A DNA stretch of 64,000 bases from Epiperipatus broadwayi (lineage: Eukaryota; Animalia; Onychophora). Position 1 is the first letter of the stretch. Each line of letters begins with the position of its first letter. The stretch lies in NCBI GenBank assembly GCA_028023455.1, contig JAQFVV010000005.1, positions 10,726,001 through 10,790,000 of the forward strand, read 5' to 3'. Below the pieces are notes generated by a model. It did not search any database, had not been told where the DNA came from, and worked only from the letters and a program-made list of their open reading frames with translations. The position numbers and the translations under genes are program-made. Of this stretch, positions 26,461-38,604 are shown in pieces.

Positions 26461-28583
26461 GTCAGGGTAGGTTCAGACACTAGATCTAAAAATACCAACC
26501 CAAAGCTAAGCACTTAGCTAAAAGTTATCTATTGAGAGGAAAATCTGAAATTTTCAGACATGTACATGTCTTCAAACCCAGCTATCCAACTCAAATAGCT
26601 ATATGGGGCTGATAGATCTTCAGCCATGCCATATAGTAGTAGTCATAGCAATATAAAATTGCATAAGACTTTTTGGCAGAGACTATAAATAGTCAAAATA
26701 AAAGTCATAGATCAATTCATAGATCACATGACCCTATCTCTTAAGCTTGTAAGTTATAAACAGTGAGGATTGCCAATTCCTCTACAAGCTTTATGATAAA
26801 TGCTTAGCCAGAGCCAGCACTTAAAATATCTGTTTATAACTTACAAGCTTAAGAGATAGGGTCATGTGATCTATGAATTGATCTATGACTTTTATTTTGA
26901 CTTAAATAGTGTGTTTAGATATAAGTAAATCACTTTGATTACTTCTGGTAAAAACATAATTTTATTATCTATCTTTCAAAAATATATTCCATGCAATCTA
27001 AAGTTTTTTTTACATAATTTATATTCATTTTATATTATTTCTGTATTTAATTATTATTAATTTTAATTGCAAAAGTTGAATTTATCATGTTGAATCAATG
27101 AGCAGTTTTTCTTTCTATTTTTTTAGTCATTGGACTATTTTATTTATTGAAATAAAGTATATTACCCACAAAACTTCATAAAGAGGATTTGAGAAAACTA
27201 TTATTATTATTGGACAATGTGTTAATATGAAAAACCTTAAAAAAATTATAAATAATATCATAAACATTAGAATATGCAATTATGTATAAATACAAATCAA
27301 GTTATTTAACAAAAATGTTAACTTTTTTCATTTGCTTTTTATCAAAGGCATGCAGTAGAAACTATTCAAATATTACAACATAACAAACAAAAAATTCACT
27401 TATATATGCAAATTACTGCAAGGGGCATTTAAAGAAATTTAAAGTTGTAACTTCCTATTTACATTTCAATGTAAATAAAAAAGAGGATTGTCTTATCACA
27501 AAGTAATAAAAACTTACAAAATAGCAATTAGGTTACTAATTTACTGAAACGGAACCAAAATTGACTTCGCGATTTAGGCTATAGAGGCCGCCACAAAGCC
27601 TATTGCGTCTGCGTATTTTGCAATATAATTTTTTTTTATTCAATTATAGTCAATACCTTTTGGACTTAGATAAGTTAAAAATTAAGATAGTGTTTTACTG
27701 AAAGTCTGCTTAATTTAAACCAATTTTTAAGATTAACTAAATGTAATATTTATTCATAATGCATTATCTTATGTCAATATTTAAAATAAAAATAATTTAT
27801 CAATGGGTTTCGCAACTTTAGATATATTGTGTTTCATTATTTTATAATTCCAAATTTTAAATCTTAGAATAAATTGTTAAATGAATGCCAAACATTGATA
27901 ACGCCGCCAACAATGACCAAGTTCTCTGTTGATTAGGTATTCTGGCTACATTTAAGCCGAGCTTAATGAAGTAAATATGATTCTGATCTAAACTATTTTT
28001 TTGAATTTATTGCTTTAGCTTAGACGATTGTTTTCTGTTGTGTAGTTATGAAACATTGAATAACTTATTTTTTTACTTTCAAAAAATTCCCCAGTATTTA
28101 TCTACTTTCCGTATTGTAACGATAAAATAAATATTCAATACGATATTTTGATTTATATTAGGTGATAGGTTTAATTTCCTCAGTAGTTCGGGTTTGAACC
28201 CAGAACTAATAATACACAAAATATTAAATGAAATCGACATGCATGTATTATGTGATCTTCCTACATATACATTGTAAATCTTCCAGATGTGTATACTGTA
28301 TAAATATCAGTAACAATAAGTTGGTTATAGAATTCCACTGATATCAAAAAGTTTTTATAATAATACTAACCAATGTGATGATGATTGGGATTTATATTTA
28401 TAAGTATTCCTAACAGTATTTTATGTTATTTTCAATCAAAAAAGAAACTCCAGGTGCCAAACCTCAACAGAGAAAGTTTACTCAAAATACTAATGAAATA
28501 ATGATCATCATCACTGCCAGTTATTACTATGATATCCCAACATATTCCCCAGTGGTTTGCATGTTCTCAGAGTTGTGGATGAT

Positions 28584-28790
28584 ATCACATGATCACCATC
28601 TCTATACCAGTGCATAATTGTTGTAAACAAAGGCAAAAACTCTCCATACAGTCGTGCTATCCTGTGCCAAATAGAGTAATCAATGGATGCCAAAAGGCTT
28701 GTGCATAAAATCCCTATCTAGTGCATACTCATCCAATATCCCCAGACTAGTTTCTGGCTTGTGGTCATCATCAGTGAGGAGCCTTGGATC
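28584..28790 (-). mobile_element. Subfamily-B insertion (207 bp, 5'-truncated) with near-intact hammerhead
   Basis: 10-bp TSD tgtggatgat at 28574-28583 and 28791-28800. The paralogous site in copy 1 (~868-885, 'gttgtgatgatttataactag') is empty. Confidence 0.9.
28731..28789 (-). ncRNA. Type I hammerhead ribozyme, subfamily B
   Basis: Minus strand reads AUCCAA-ggc-UCCUCA-CUGAUGA-UGAC-cacaa-GCCA-GAAA-C-UA-G-UC/UGGGGA-ua-UUGGAU. Core intact; stem II has one mismatch and a U-A closing pair; stem III is the palindrome ACUAGU; stem I is extended across an internal loop. Confidence 0.8.
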
Positions 28791-30613
28791 TGTGGATGAT
28801 GTATAACTAGCATATGTGTGTTTTAATGGAGTTATAAACACACAACTGGATTGATAAAACAATAATTTAACAATTTATTAACAGATGTAAGCTGGTTATA
28901 TCTATATACTAGTGATTCCAAATGTAGATATAAAATCAAGCACATCACAACAATTAATATATTTTCAGTTTTTAAGTCTAATAATAATTCCAAAGATAGA
29001 AATAAAATGAAAGTATCACAACAGATAATATATTTTCAATTTTAAATCTATACTAGCAATTCCAACTGCAGTTATAAAATATAACATATTGCAACAACTA
29101 ATATATTTTCAATTTTATGTCTAAAGCCTTTTTAATGCTACAATACGAATATCTTACTGATCAAAATATCTAATGCCCTAAATCATGGGTTTTATATGTG
29201 GTTTTTCTTTTTTCTGTAACTACATTCATCTTCATAAATTTACTTAATGAATATATTTCTTCTTGCATGCTAGACTTGAATTGGAATTACAACAAGATGA
29301 TGACATATAGCATGTACAATATATAGGTTTTTGGCAATTTAGGGTCACTACATTTTTTTTCTTTATTGGAATCTTCCACAGACTTTGACATTATTTATTG
29401 GATTGGATGCATATTCAGAGTCTTATTGTTTAGTCTTTCATGGTAAATAATCCATTACTGTAGGAAAATATTATCATAGCTTCTGGTATAGGTGTTTCAA
29501 TAATTAGCTGAAAAATCTTTTCCTGCACTGGTTATTTCAATACGGATAGCTTGCAATCTGGAATCAAAATATTGTTCTACTGGAAATCAGCAATGAAACA
29601 AACTCTACATCAAAAATGAATGTCTGCATCCTGTATGAATTTCGAATGACTCCTTTTTATACCTCTCTGCTATCTTTCTATCCCCTCTCTATGACATTTG
29701 CCATCAATCAAACCATAATTTAGACCATTCACATATGTTTTTGTCACCTGTCACTTGAACCATAATGTAGATTATTCTAAAATCTAGGACCCTAGAGTAC
29801 AAATATTCCAATGTTCGTTTCTAAAACGTGGAAAACAAACTTGTATACCGTATTATAATGTGTTATAATAAAAGAAAAAAGAAATAGCTGTTTGTTGTCT
29901 TTTCTTTATGTATCCCCATTCCAGTGCAGGAAGATATAAAAATTTTCTCAGACTTTTATTATTTCTAATTTTTCAAATATATTTAAATTTTGATCTTAGA
30001 TTTGAATTCACCATTCTATGTACTATAGGAATAAATATGGTTTTATTTGTAAATTGATTTAGAACAGGTAAAATCAAAAAGATCTCAAAAATGCCTTAAA
30101 ATTTTTTGATTCACAATCACAAGTATTTTTTTCCCTTCTTTTGAAATCTCATTCATTATTTTTTCTACTCTTATATTACAGAATAAATGATCGATAATGT
30201 TATGCATAAATTGCCTTTATAAATATACAATACGATTAAAACATACATTAATATTTTTTTCCATTTTTTAGTCTCCTGGGAAATTTCTTTACAATGCTGT
30301 ATATGCGTACATACACACATTGTTGTTCAAATCTTTACTACTTAATTCATGCAGAATTTCACCCTAACTAATATGGGTGGCACTTAGGTTGATATTGTTA
30401 TAATATATTATCATGAGCAAACATTGAAGTTTTATTTCACAAATATTTTATAAAATATTAATCTAATTCCACAGACATGCAGAAGTGCCTTTTATAGAAT
30501 CGTATTTTTCGCAAACTACTCATTTACGTTATAAAAAGTATATTAGTAATTTTTTAATTTAATTCTGCATACATTGGATACAATGAAATTCAAATATAAT
30601 AATAAAAAGAATT

Positions 30614-31793
30614 GGTAGTGTTTGGTTAGCTGTACCCCGGCCGCTAGAGGCACTGTTTCTGTGTAAACATACAGAAGTATCCACTTTTGCCACACTTATA
30701 AAACCTATTATTTTGAAATTTCCTTGTAAGTATATGGCATTTTTAGTTATTAAAATGATCCTAAAGTTTTAAATACAACTTCAATTAATATTTATGCCTT
30801 GAATATTTTTAGTCAATTTTTACACTGAAGAGAGCTCATGGATAAATTACCACACACTACGCAAACTGCAATTCTCTGACATCTTATTCACAGCAAATTG
30901 GAACTGATAGTAAGAGTCTTGATCATACTCTTCAATTTTATGAATCCTATATTTATATATCATTTATGCACACAACCAAGTTCAGACAGCATCTTCATTA
31001 ATAAAAAAAAAAAAAACCTTTTTAAAATAACACGTTTGCTAATTGAAAGATCTATAAACAGAAGACTGCCATAAAGATTACTTTTTTAAAAAAAAAAACC
31101 ATTTTTAGAGAAAATAATCTTTAAATAAAGATTGATTTTAAAAAAGAAATTAATTCAAAAATACATCGATTTATCAGGTGAAATTAGAATGTAACAGTAT
31201 TATTATTTGTCGAAGCAGACTTAAATAGTTGTGGTCATGTTTTTTTTTTTTTTAAAAAAAAAATCATTTTTAGAGAAAATAATTTTAAAAAAAGATCGAT
31301 TTTTAAAAAAAACGAATGTGAAAATACTTCGATTTATCTGACAGTGAAAGAGAATGTAACAATATTACACATGTATGCAGATGGAAATAGTTGTGGCTTC
31401 CAGATTATTCACAGCTTTAAATTATATGCTATCTATCTTTTAAGTAATATGTGCATAGACGGTAACTATGCAATAATATTTGTGGTTGGAGTGCGCAGTT
31501 TTTCCGTGCGTAGCATGGAGGAACAGCACCATGTAGTGGGCTAGAATCTTGGTAGTTGCTGGTAGCAGACAATGTAAGCTAAATGGGCTTACGCATGGCT
31601 ACCAGTGCCACTAAGTGGGCAACTTTGCTGTCAGCTAGTTGGGGGGAATGTTCCTGTGTTTATGCATGGTCAACAGTGCCACCTAGTGGCTGCAACAAGC
31701 ATTGCAGCTTTTGGCTCCTACTGTGGATACTTCTGTGTGTTTACACAGAAACAGCGCTTCTAGTGGCTGGGGTGCAGCTAACCAAACACTACC
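30614..31793. mobile_element. Non-autonomous TIR DNA transposon (1180 bp, ~71-bp TIRs, 8-bp TSD); superfamily not assigned
   Basis: 30614-30684 'ggtagtgtttggttagctg...cagaagtatccac' is the reverse complement of 31723-31793 with 6 mismatches. TSD aaagaatt at 30606-30613 and 31794-31801. No transposase ORF. Confidence 0.88.
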
Positions 31794-33250
31794 AAAGAAT
31801 TAAAGTAACTCATTAAGAATAAATTATTGTATCTAAAAATTCTGAAAGTAAACAAAAAGGTTGTTGCTGTATAATCATTTATTGATGCTTTCTACATTTA
31901 ACCTGGATAATATAACTAAGAACATAATGATAGGTTATTTGATGACAATCAACATGCTGTTTGTAGGAATTGTGATTTCATATTGCTTGTTCTTCTATGC
32001 CATTCTAAGTTATAAATGTATTTTGATTAAGAGATCTGGTGATGTAATATATGTAAAGCATAATTGTTAACAATCAAGTATCAGATGCAGTTGATTATGT
32101 TTTACAAATAATAATTTAAAATTATATTGGGTTTTAAACAAGATCATAATGGTTGAAGATGTTAAGCTACATCTGGAAATAATAAGCGGGAAATTTCTCG
32201 AGTGACTGAAATTGTTGAATGTTATAAGGAAAAGGATATTTCATCGACAAACCAGATAGACGACTTAGAATTTATAAATAATGATATTGAAATTGAAGGT
32301 ATCCTACACCGAGAACATTCATCTTTATCAGATTTGATATCTATTTTTTTTTAAAAAATTAGAGTTACATGTAAATTATTACATATCAATGTTATATATT
32401 AGATGAGACTATGTGGTGATCAACTGGTTACTATAGATATAGGATTTAAGATGGAGGATGGCAAATTTTTATTTTAAAAATGAACAAGTAAATTAAGTGC
32501 TGAAAATATAGTTAATTCAGAAGATAAATTTTGAATATCCATTAATGATAATTACAAGCTATTATGGATAGCTCAGAAAAAATTCAAACTCAGATAAGTT
32601 CATTTGCTTCATGTATGGTATATTGTCAGATGAAATATATTCTGCTTATATTCATCAGACTTAGAGAACTTACAATCTCTGTGACTTTAAGAAGAATTTG
32701 ATAATATAAAGTATTACTGTCAGAATAACAGATTGAATGTATTTATTCCAAATAAAAATTTCTGAGGACTGTCATTTCTTTCATTACATTTCTGTCTTGA
32801 TTTCATATTGTTCACTTTTTTACTAACCTTTTTTTAATTGAAGAATTGGAACAAGGGTCTTTAACTTGATCCTGTTTCTATTATTATTCCTTCTAATGAT
32901 ATGCCTTAATTTTGTTGAAATAAGATTATAACTTAGAAATTATCAACTTATTTTTTTTTAAAATATCAAATCTATTGTTTTCCAACAAGTAGTTTTCTTT
33001 TTTGAAAAATTCTGATTATCACTGTTCACTTTGTGTTTATGAAAAATATAAGAAAACAGTATTTAAACAATATCAATAACAATCTCAATCTTTTGTCCAG
33101 GTACCTTTTAACAATAAAGATAGAAAGCCATTTTTATCTATTATCTGATATGTTTATATAGACCTAAAGATTGCGACTTGACTATAGAGAATGAAATTAA
33201 TTCAGAGAAATTAAATATACCTCATTAAACAGGTAAATATGTATTTGTTT

Positions 33251-34409
33251 ATACAATCAGTTTATTATGACAAAAATCACTTACTATCTGCTAATAATAA
33301 ATTTCACAAAAGCATTTATTTCAGCAATTAACTCATTGTACAACAAATTGCTATGGAAAAGAAAAGTAGTAGCAATCTCAATGAAGCAACTAAACCAACC
33401 AACAAAATGGAATGGCCTTGGACTGCATGCAATAGAAACTTTCTACACACAAAAAAACAGTAAATCTACTGATTGCCATATTTAAACGGTTTCCAAACAT
33501 AGAGCAAAAACTAGAAATCACACCCACTGACCGACTCCCTCCCACATATATATATAAATACACTATTGGTAAGTATTGGAAGCATTAAGAATAAAATAAC
33601 ACTTAAGAACCCTATTAAATATACTTATTGGCAAATACATGATTTTCTATCTCAAAACCAAGAAGATAATAATAAGTTAACAGTATTGGGAATAGATAAT
33701 AGCCAGCTACTAAAAAAAATACAAAAGATGGTATCTAGAACCAAAATTATTTGACCTTATCCTCAAGTTGAATCTTAATGCTTTACCTATAGCACATTTC
33801 ATTCACTTTGGGAGATTCTACCTAAATGTTGATCCAATATGTTCTTTGTGTCACAGAGAAGAAGAAACACAAGAAGATTTGATACACTACTGCAGAGGCC
33901 TAGAAAAAGTTAGACAATTGATGTTGAACAATTATAGGAAAGATAAAACCACAATAGAAAAAATGCTGAAAACATTCAAGGAAAACAAAATACTAACAAT
34001 TTGTGCAGCCACTTTCAGCTTATATGCCTTATGGCGTACCAGATGTACATTTACCTTAGGAAACAATACAAGAGGACATCCTAACATATATCATAACAAG
34101 CTAGAAAAACTTAAAGAAAGACAATCTTCTTCCACCACCAGACATTTTTGCACCATCTGGTCTCTCTTTAAAATAAAAGCATTATAATGGAAACACAAAA
34201 CATAATCTCAGAAAAAATGGAAACCCAAAACAGACTAATAGTTTAGAACTGAACTATGAATACCATAACAATTACTAAAGATAAAGACTATTAGAAAAAA
34301 AGTTTTTCTTTCTGTAATTAATGATGAATTCTAGTTTATTAATATATTATACAATGTACAACCTGATATGATGTAACCAATTTTTGCCTAATAAAGTTTG
34401 CTTTGAAAC
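33251..34409 (+). mobile_element. 5'-truncated L1/Tx1-like LINE (ORF2 C-terminus + 3' UTR), decayed
   Basis: 'PTKWNGLGL' motif and zinc-binding 'CSLCHREEETQEDLIHYC...LYALWRTRC'; aataaa near the end. TSD atatgtatttgttt (33237-33250) and atatgtatttattt (34410-34423). Empty site at 2683-2696. Confidence 0.8.
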
Positions 34410-34705
34410 ATATGTATTTATTTAATTATAATTGAACAATTACCAAAATTTTAAATAATTGACCATTCATCAATAATTATATTAATTACATTTGGGAGTT
34501 TTCATTCATTAAAATTTGCATAAATGTTATAATGAGTGAAGTCTGAATATTTCTTGTCATTATTTGTATATTGTGTAACTGCATGTGATTTGGGACTGAT
34601 TAAATCACTGTAACTAAAAGACTCAAATAAATAAATTATAATAGAAACTAATGGTAAATTATTGTATTAATTTTTGATATTATTAATTCTGAGTTTTTTT
34701 TAAAC

Positions 34706-37700
34706 TTTAATTCGGGAAACTTTTAAAGGAGGGTGGGCTTTTAAATTGTAGTATTATCAAAAAGAAGAATGGATGGGATGTAAGAAATAAGCAAAAGATA
34801 GTTGATTCAGATATAAGTGTACATGTGGAGAGGGAATGGATCTGTAAGATTAATGGTAAAGTTTTTTGTAAACACAATGGAGAAGAAAGAATAGTTGGGA
34901 AAGAAGGAATTGTTAAAATTGGATATTTGAATATGCAATGTGGTAAAAGACCAGAAAAATGACTGGAATTAAACAAAGCAATTGAAAATGAGGAGCTTGA
35001 GGTATTAGCAGTAGTGGAAACACATCTAAGAGAAGAACCTATTTTGGAAAATTTGGTATGGCAGGGTATAAATAGAAAAAATATTTAAATATTGTTAAAT
35101 GTCAAGAACATTTGTGGTTTGAAATAAAGAAGGGTAGACAATGGAGGGGAACAGTTAATATATATGAATGCCTAGTTAAGGATATACAGAGTTTTAAAGA
35201 AAAGGGGAAGAGAATAATGGTTCTAGGAGATATGAATGGGATATTGAAGAAATTGATGATGTAGATAATAAGAATGGTCAGTTTTTGAAGGAATTTTGTC
35301 AAAGAGTGAATTGAGCATTGGGAATTTAACAAATATTTATGAGGGACAATACACATGGTCTAGGAATAATATATTCCCTACAATAGATTATGTATTGGTA
35401 GAGAAAGAAGGAATGGATAAAATATGTAAAATGGTGTTTGATAATGAGGAGAGAGTATGAAATAGGGATCATAACTTCATTGTAATAGAAATGGGTAGTA
35501 ATGTGATGGAGAATAGAAATAAAAGTAGAAACAATAGTGAAAGATGTGGATGGAGAGTGAATGATAAGAATAAGTTGGAAGATTATAAAATACAAGTTGA
35601 AGAAGCCATCGAAAAGTTGGTTGGGGATGAGTATAAGGACTGGTGTGGGAAATGGAAAATGTGGCAAATAGGGTTTTAGTTGAGAATATGCAGAAGAATA
35701 AAAGTAATAAAAAATGAGAGCTTAGTAAAAGTGTAAAAGATAGGAAAGAAGCATGCAGAGAATATAAGTGTGCTATTAAGAACAAAGACAGTGAAAAAGA
35801 TGTTAATGCTAAATGGGAAAAATACTTAGAAAAGAAGTTGGCTAAAATGGATAACTATAGAGAGAGGATGAAGTTGAGTAGTAAATTGTTGGAGGATATT
35901 AATAAAAGTGGAAGAGATGGGAGTAAAAAATTTTCGAATTACATTGAAAGGAGAAATGTAGGGGAGAGAGATAGTATTAATAGATGATGATGGAATAGAT
36001 TGTGGCTCTAGAGAAGAATTGGAGAAAATCTTAAATAGATATGTAATAGATATAGAAAAGATGTTAGATGTGAAGGACTTAGTGATAGAAAACATGAAAG
36101 CATTTAATAATGGGAATATTAGGTTTACAAAAAATGCACTGAGTGATTCAGGGAAGAGGTTGAAAAGTGGAATGGCAAGAGGTTTAGTTCGATGGGCAGC
36201 AGAGATGGTAATGCATTTAGGGCATAGAGCAAAAGTAAAGCTATTATTATGTTTTAATAAGATGGCACAGAAGAGTTTTTCCTGATAGTTGGAGTAATAC
36301 AAGAGTAAGATTATTATTTAAAGGAAAGGGTAAGGATCATAGAAAGTTAAATAATTATAGACCGATAGCGGTAACATCAGTTTTATATAAAATTTTCTCA
36401 TATGTGGTGGCTGGAAGAGTTGTAAATGGATGGAAGAGAATAATGTAGTGGGGGAAATGCAAGGATGTTTTAGGTCAGATAGGCATATAGGAAATAGTTT
36501 CTTTGTAGTTACATAACTTATGGATATGAGTAAGAATTCAGGTAGATCGTTATATATGTTTTATAGCTATTGAGAAGGCATATGATAGAGTAAATAGAAA
36601 TAGACTATGGGTAAGTTTAGCAAATTTTTGAATAGATGAAGCCTTTAGTAAATATATTTAAGAAATTATATGAAAATAATTACTAATCAATTAGGTGATA
36701 TAGAATCAGATAATGTTCAAAATGGGGTGGGACTAAGGCAAGGATGCCCTATGTCATCTATTTTGTTTTTGTTGTATTTGAATGAGATGGAGAAAGTAAT
36801 AGAAAGACTGGGATGAGGGATAGAGATACCGTTAATAGGTGGCAAGGGAGTATATACTTTGTTGGGTCTTTTTGTTGCAGATGATATCTTTTTGTGTTCA
36901 GAAAGAAGAGAGGATAGGGAAACTATGCTGAGGACATGTACAAGGGTAAGTAAAGAGATGGGGATTAAATTTAGTGAAGAAAAATCAAATATAATGATGC
37001 TTAATACTGGGGAAAGAGAAGATATAGAATTTTTATTGGGGATATAAAGTTAAGGGTGGTGGATAGATATAGTTATTTGGTAATCATCTTAAGTAATCAG
37101 GAAAATTGCTTGGATGAATGGGAGAAAAAATTGGTAAATGATGCAAAGAAAAGAGAGGCTTTGGTAAAGAAATTAACAGTGTTTTCATATAATAAATATG
37201 ATGTAGCTAGAATTGTATGGTAGTTGCAGGATCAGGGTTAACTTATGGTAATGATGTGTTATGTGTTAGTAAAGTGGTATTAGAATACTTAGAGAAAGTA
37301 CAAAGGGAAGTAGGAAGACATGCATTAGATGCAGAAGTGTGGACAGCAAAGGAGGCAATTCAAGGAGAAATGAGACAGTCAAGTTTTTATGTGAGAGATG
37401 TAAAAAATAAAATGAAAATGTTTGCTAGGTTGCAGTTTATGGATAATAAAATAGCCAAAATAGTATTTAATTGGCTTCTGAGCAAAGGGCAGGCAACAAG
37501 ATGGGTGAGAAAAGTAATGTGGAATACAAAATATTTGGATAAAGAATTTATATCAGTATACTTGTATAAAAGGTGGGATGATTGTGTTAGGAGGATTGTT
37601 GAATGATATAGTGGTAAGGAATGGGATGAAAGAATAGAGGCATTAATAAAGAATAGGGAGTTGGAGAGATGGAGAACTAGTATGGAGAGTAAAAACAGTT

Positions 37701-38604
37701 TAAATTTATATAGAAGTAAATGGAACATTGAGTGTGAGTTAATTTATGATAATAGTGAGGAAAGTAGTTTATTTCGAATGGGATCTTTAGCAACAAGAGA
37801 ATATACATGTAAATGGAAAAATATGGGTTATTTAGTCTGTAAATTCTGTAAGGAAGGCATAGAAAATATTAGGCATCTGTTAATTGAATGTAAATGTTTG
37901 AAAGCAGAAAGGGTACAAATAATGATGTTATGGAAGAATAAATATGAACAAAGTGATTATACAGAAAGTGGGTTATTGATTTTTATGCTGGATTTGGGAA
38001 ACGATAAGGGGGATTTAGATATAAAGGCCATAGAATTTACAAAGATTATGTTATGGAAATAGGATCGAGCAGATTATGTGAAAGCTTAGAGTGGGGAATG
38101 GAAGGGGAAGATAAAGTGGCTAACAGGTTTCTTTTGGCATAGTTGCTGAGAGATTTCTGACTCTGTTTAAAAAGAAGTCGCTGTATATCATATCACTGCA
38201 ACAAGACAATACACATGTAAATGGAAAATATGGGTGATTTAGTCTGTAAATTGTGTAAGGAAGGCATAGAAAATATTAGGCATCTGTTAATTGAATGTAA
38301 ATGCTTGAAAGCAGAAAGGGCACAAATAATGATGTTATGGAAGAATAAATATGAACAAAATGATTATATAGAAAGTGGGTTATTGATTTTTATGCTGGAT
38401 TTGGGAAAAGATAAGGGGGATTTAGATATAAAGACCATAGAATTGACAAAGATTATGTTATGTAAATAGGATCAAGCAGATTATGGGAAAACTTAGGATG
38501 GGTAATAGAAAGGGAAGGTAAAGTGGCTAACAGGTTTCTCTGGGCATAGTTGCTGAGAGATTCCTGACTCCGTTAAAGGAGAAGTCACAGTGCATCACAT
38601 CTCA
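34706..38604 (+). mobile_element. Degenerate APE-type non-LTR retrotransposon ORF2 (endonuclease + RT + C-terminal Cys/His motif); clade uncertain (RTE/RTEX-like)
   Basis: APE motifs 'IGYLNMQ', 'VLAVVETHLREE', 'VLGDMNG', 'IDYVLV'. RT motifs 'NYRPIAVTS', 'EKAYDRV', 'GLRQGCPMSSILF', 'FVADDI'. C-terminal CKFC...HLLIEC. Many stops and frameshifts; last ~408 bp tandemly duplicated (37790-38197, 38198-38604). Confidence 0.92.

Larger units (their letters stand above)
25448..26899 (-). mobile_element. Retrozyme-like tandem insertion (subfamily A): 3 x 435-437 bp units + 73-bp partial unit + ~70-bp inverted arm
   Basis: Units start 'aaacagtgagg' at 25451, 25886, 26321 and 26758 and are nearly identical. 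26830-26900 is the reverse complement of ~26692-26763. Exact 13-bp TSD acttaaatagtgt at 25435-25447 and 26900-26912. No ORF of 60 aa or more. Confidence 0.92.

Noticed and set aside
25451-26830. CRISPR array or simple satellite interpretation of the tandem repeat
   Set aside because: There are no short repeats with unique spacers. Units are 435 bp and near-identical, contain a ribozyme, and are bounded by a TSD in eukaryotic DNA.
35102-37728. Numerous minus-strand ORFs of 80-160 aa
   Set aside because: They are antisense shadows of the purine-rich LINE ORF2 and have no recognisable domains.
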